Made by a program: the position numbers and the translations under genes. This document shows positions 63,301 to 64,000 of a DNA stretch of 64,000 nt, one piece after another. The stretch lies in the IMG/VR virus record IMGVR_UViG_3300044843_000700, positions 1 through 64,000 of that record; one strand, 5' to 3'. This DNA comes from a virus. Its lineage: Duplodnaviria > Heunggongvirae > Uroviricota > Caudoviricetes. The notes beneath the pieces were generated by a model. That model made no database searches and was not told the origin of the DNA. It saw nothing but the letters and a program-made list of their open reading frames with translations. Positions within the stretch are counted from its first letter, which is position 1, and each line of letters begins with the position of its first letter.

Positions 63301-64000
63301 TCAGGTACCTATTTCTACTTGTGTAAACGAAACCGCTCAAACTTCTTCGCCTGTTCTTTTTGGTGGCGATATTTACATCGGCCGCTACACTGAGAAGAAT
63401 ACATTCTTCTACTTCTATGACTGGTTATATGATCAACCAGACGGATACGAGTTTGACTACTTGTCTCATCGCATGCTTCCGTTTCCACGTTACTGGTTAA
63501 ACAGTCAGAAGTTTGAATCTACAGATGCGTTAACCGGTTTGACAAATCCGATTAACTTACTGTGGCCACCAAACTGGGTGAACTTCTTGCCAAATCAGAT
63601 GTTTGCTCTTGATGGCTACGATAACTCTGGCTTATCTGGTATTTTTGCATCCTTCACCTTCGCGGTAAAGTATGCGTACTTCTACCTGTTCAACTCTGGA
63701 GTTAAGGACTTCTTTGTGGAAACAGAGATTAACGTTGATCTTCGTGACTGGGGAGAACTTGATTCGCAAAAGCACTTCCCTATCCTAGATGAGAAGACCC
63801 TTTTTGATACCGCTATAATCAAGTCTGGAAACTACTACAAGTATGATCCAAGCTTGGGTATTTCACGCACATACCTGAACTATGTAGGCTGGGGTAATAC
63901 TCAGACTAGAGATTATGATCCTCTATTATCTGAGACATGTTATCAGTACAGTCCTAATCGAGTTATCTATTCTCTTCCTGCACAATTTGAAGGTAAGAGA
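60314..64000 (+). CDS. large structural protein (tail/baseplate candidate), 3' end beyond window
   Basis: ATG overlapping stop of 59253 gene (ATAATGG); verified open for at least 230 codons (MAGNLQNTSSQDPRRFDKELNEDVNDFHLPPDSWTQARNAINNSVTGDLGK...); no same-strand ORFs listed in this frame to the window end, consistent with a truncated ORF omitted from the track; frame and start uncertain by 1 nt. Confidence 0.45.
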   Translation, partial: MAGNLQNTSSQDPRRFDKELNEDVNDFHLPPDSWTQARNAINNSVTGDLGKLGNEPSNLFCTQAPYPVIGAIHLQGDEWVIFSTDDVNSEIGKFKEGLCQYTTIVNDPCLAFDRAFLIKGVSRSTSDCTFKIYWDDGKNPSRVMDINAVPWIQICTDENGVVIPGPPGYDPVGCITCVDTTQLNCDEIRLARLVTQPCFHIEKGVSGGTLPNGSYFAVIAYTIAGQKITDYSTPSNLQALFDHENIAGSIDIIIDNMDPDYDEFELVLVSIINQQTVARKVGIYSTQQRRITLDIIDSRWPSVPIENIPIMTPVFERTDAMYSVNDYLIRVGPRTKFDFNYQPIANQIVAKWVAVEYQQGYYQRGGTNTGYMRDEVYSFFIRWVYDTGDKSASYHIPGRPAFAGEQAFVVTDALPEEIAGGFNYRWVVENTATLTSVATTALPDGGVQIAEGYMGYWESTEEYPDNSAAIWNANDPSHPWTAPVLPPYPGTNPTANGDYDLCGEKIRHHRFPDNYLGGTNPITNHFTGSSPNFGGNPAIRVMGVKFENIQAPLDNQGNPIPGIVGYEILRGTRQGNRTVIAKGVVSNMGKYTIESGSPRQGLYANYPYNDLNVDPFLSATQTQSVTYFLGIPVSSENYTPIGNFAQDLYTFHSPDTNFSKPFLSGKEFKVYEEFRGTAIGKFEYSEKHPKAKVISNVAFLVSAISGIGIASVAMNGERRIHRSLPVNSPFLDTGIFAGPAGAGSQGWTFASGPIWAAGLAAVNVMNPVITGVDNSFYDIGGAQILQNILGVGTGAYYSAIGTAAATAGAFPGNFGFAKTYETVQGAYDEIPLVLRVAQGIPTFVSYWSQGFDATMELIRSMIRFRDFALKYNSSCLYASSAPAPAPGDRRRSIVEQSYVSPQITDFGTNYRINNLYRSNTVVLQTNANIAYPSGTDNTRQLATSPVANLEEIGQWNPLTPKLLNPTKRGFATSSACYYVGYKQRLRNQYGQVDGIIQVPISTCVNETAQTSSPVLFGGDIYIGRYTEKNTFFYFYDWLYDQPDGYEFDYLSHRMLPFPRYWLNSQKFESTDALTGLTNPINLLWPPNWVNFLPNQMFALDGYDNSGLSGIFASFTFAVKYAYFYLFNSGVKDFFVETEINVDLRDWGELDSQKHFPILDEKTLFDTAIIKSGNYYKYDPSLGISRTYLNYVGWGNTQTRDYDPLLSETCYQYSPNRVIYSLPAQFEGKR

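Noticed and set aside
1-64000. CRISPR arrays, integrase/attachment sites, transposases, rRNA
   Set aside because: No direct-repeat/spacer periodicity, no tyrosine- or serine-recombinase motifs, no IS-like inverted repeats, no rRNA-like segments seen

Overview
The window reads as a 64-kb slice of a large tailed dsDNA bacteriophage genome. It has three blocks, and no rRNA, CRISPR array, integrase or transposase was seen.

Block 1 (about 1-26200, almost entirely minus strand) holds roughly 50 tightly packed early, replication and accessory genes. Calls here include an SF2 DEXH helicase, a cold-shock protein, an HNH endonuclease, a dCMP-deaminase-like protein, an SOS-response-associated-peptidase-like protein and a PcfJ-like protein. 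A striking co-linear operon (9392-14082) encodes a vWA(MIDAS)/Ro60-like protein, a classic-clade AAA+ ATPase, a small 2-TM protein, an SPFH/band-7 protein and a secreted protein, and is preceded by a 560-bp structured untranslated leader. Block 1 also contains lipoproteins, a second long noncoding island of about 815 bp, a tandem pair of paralogous genes, and a run of small genes that each carry an upstream AAGGGGGTTG-type motif together with palindromic CGACAAATTTGTCG sites.

Block 2 (26283-28936, plus strand) is a dense array of 24 tRNA genes covering all 20 amino acids. It is punctuated by perfect hairpins and contains unusual members: Ile-UAU, Leu tRNAs with short variable arms, and recurrent 27:43 mismatches.

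Block 3 (28993 to the right edge, plus strand) is the virion, lysis and packaging module. Calls here include a beta-helix and a fibre-like protein, holin-like and permuted NlpC/P60-like candidates, a PD-(D/E)XK nuclease, the large terminase, a portal candidate, an acidic scaffold-like protein, and two major structural candidates that share an identical translation leader. It also contains a ferritin-like four-helix-bundle protein, a BNR-propeller protein, an FN3 protein, several Cys-rich proteins, and an open-ended ORF of more than 1200 aa that is not in the ORF track.

A conserved TTG(C/T)GTATATTA(T/A)A promoter-like element precedes at least five right-arm genes. A/C-rich Shine-Dalgarno-less leaders of the AACCAACA type suggest a Bacteroidota-like host, but this is inference. 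All coordinates are hand-indexed and may be off by 1-2 nt.
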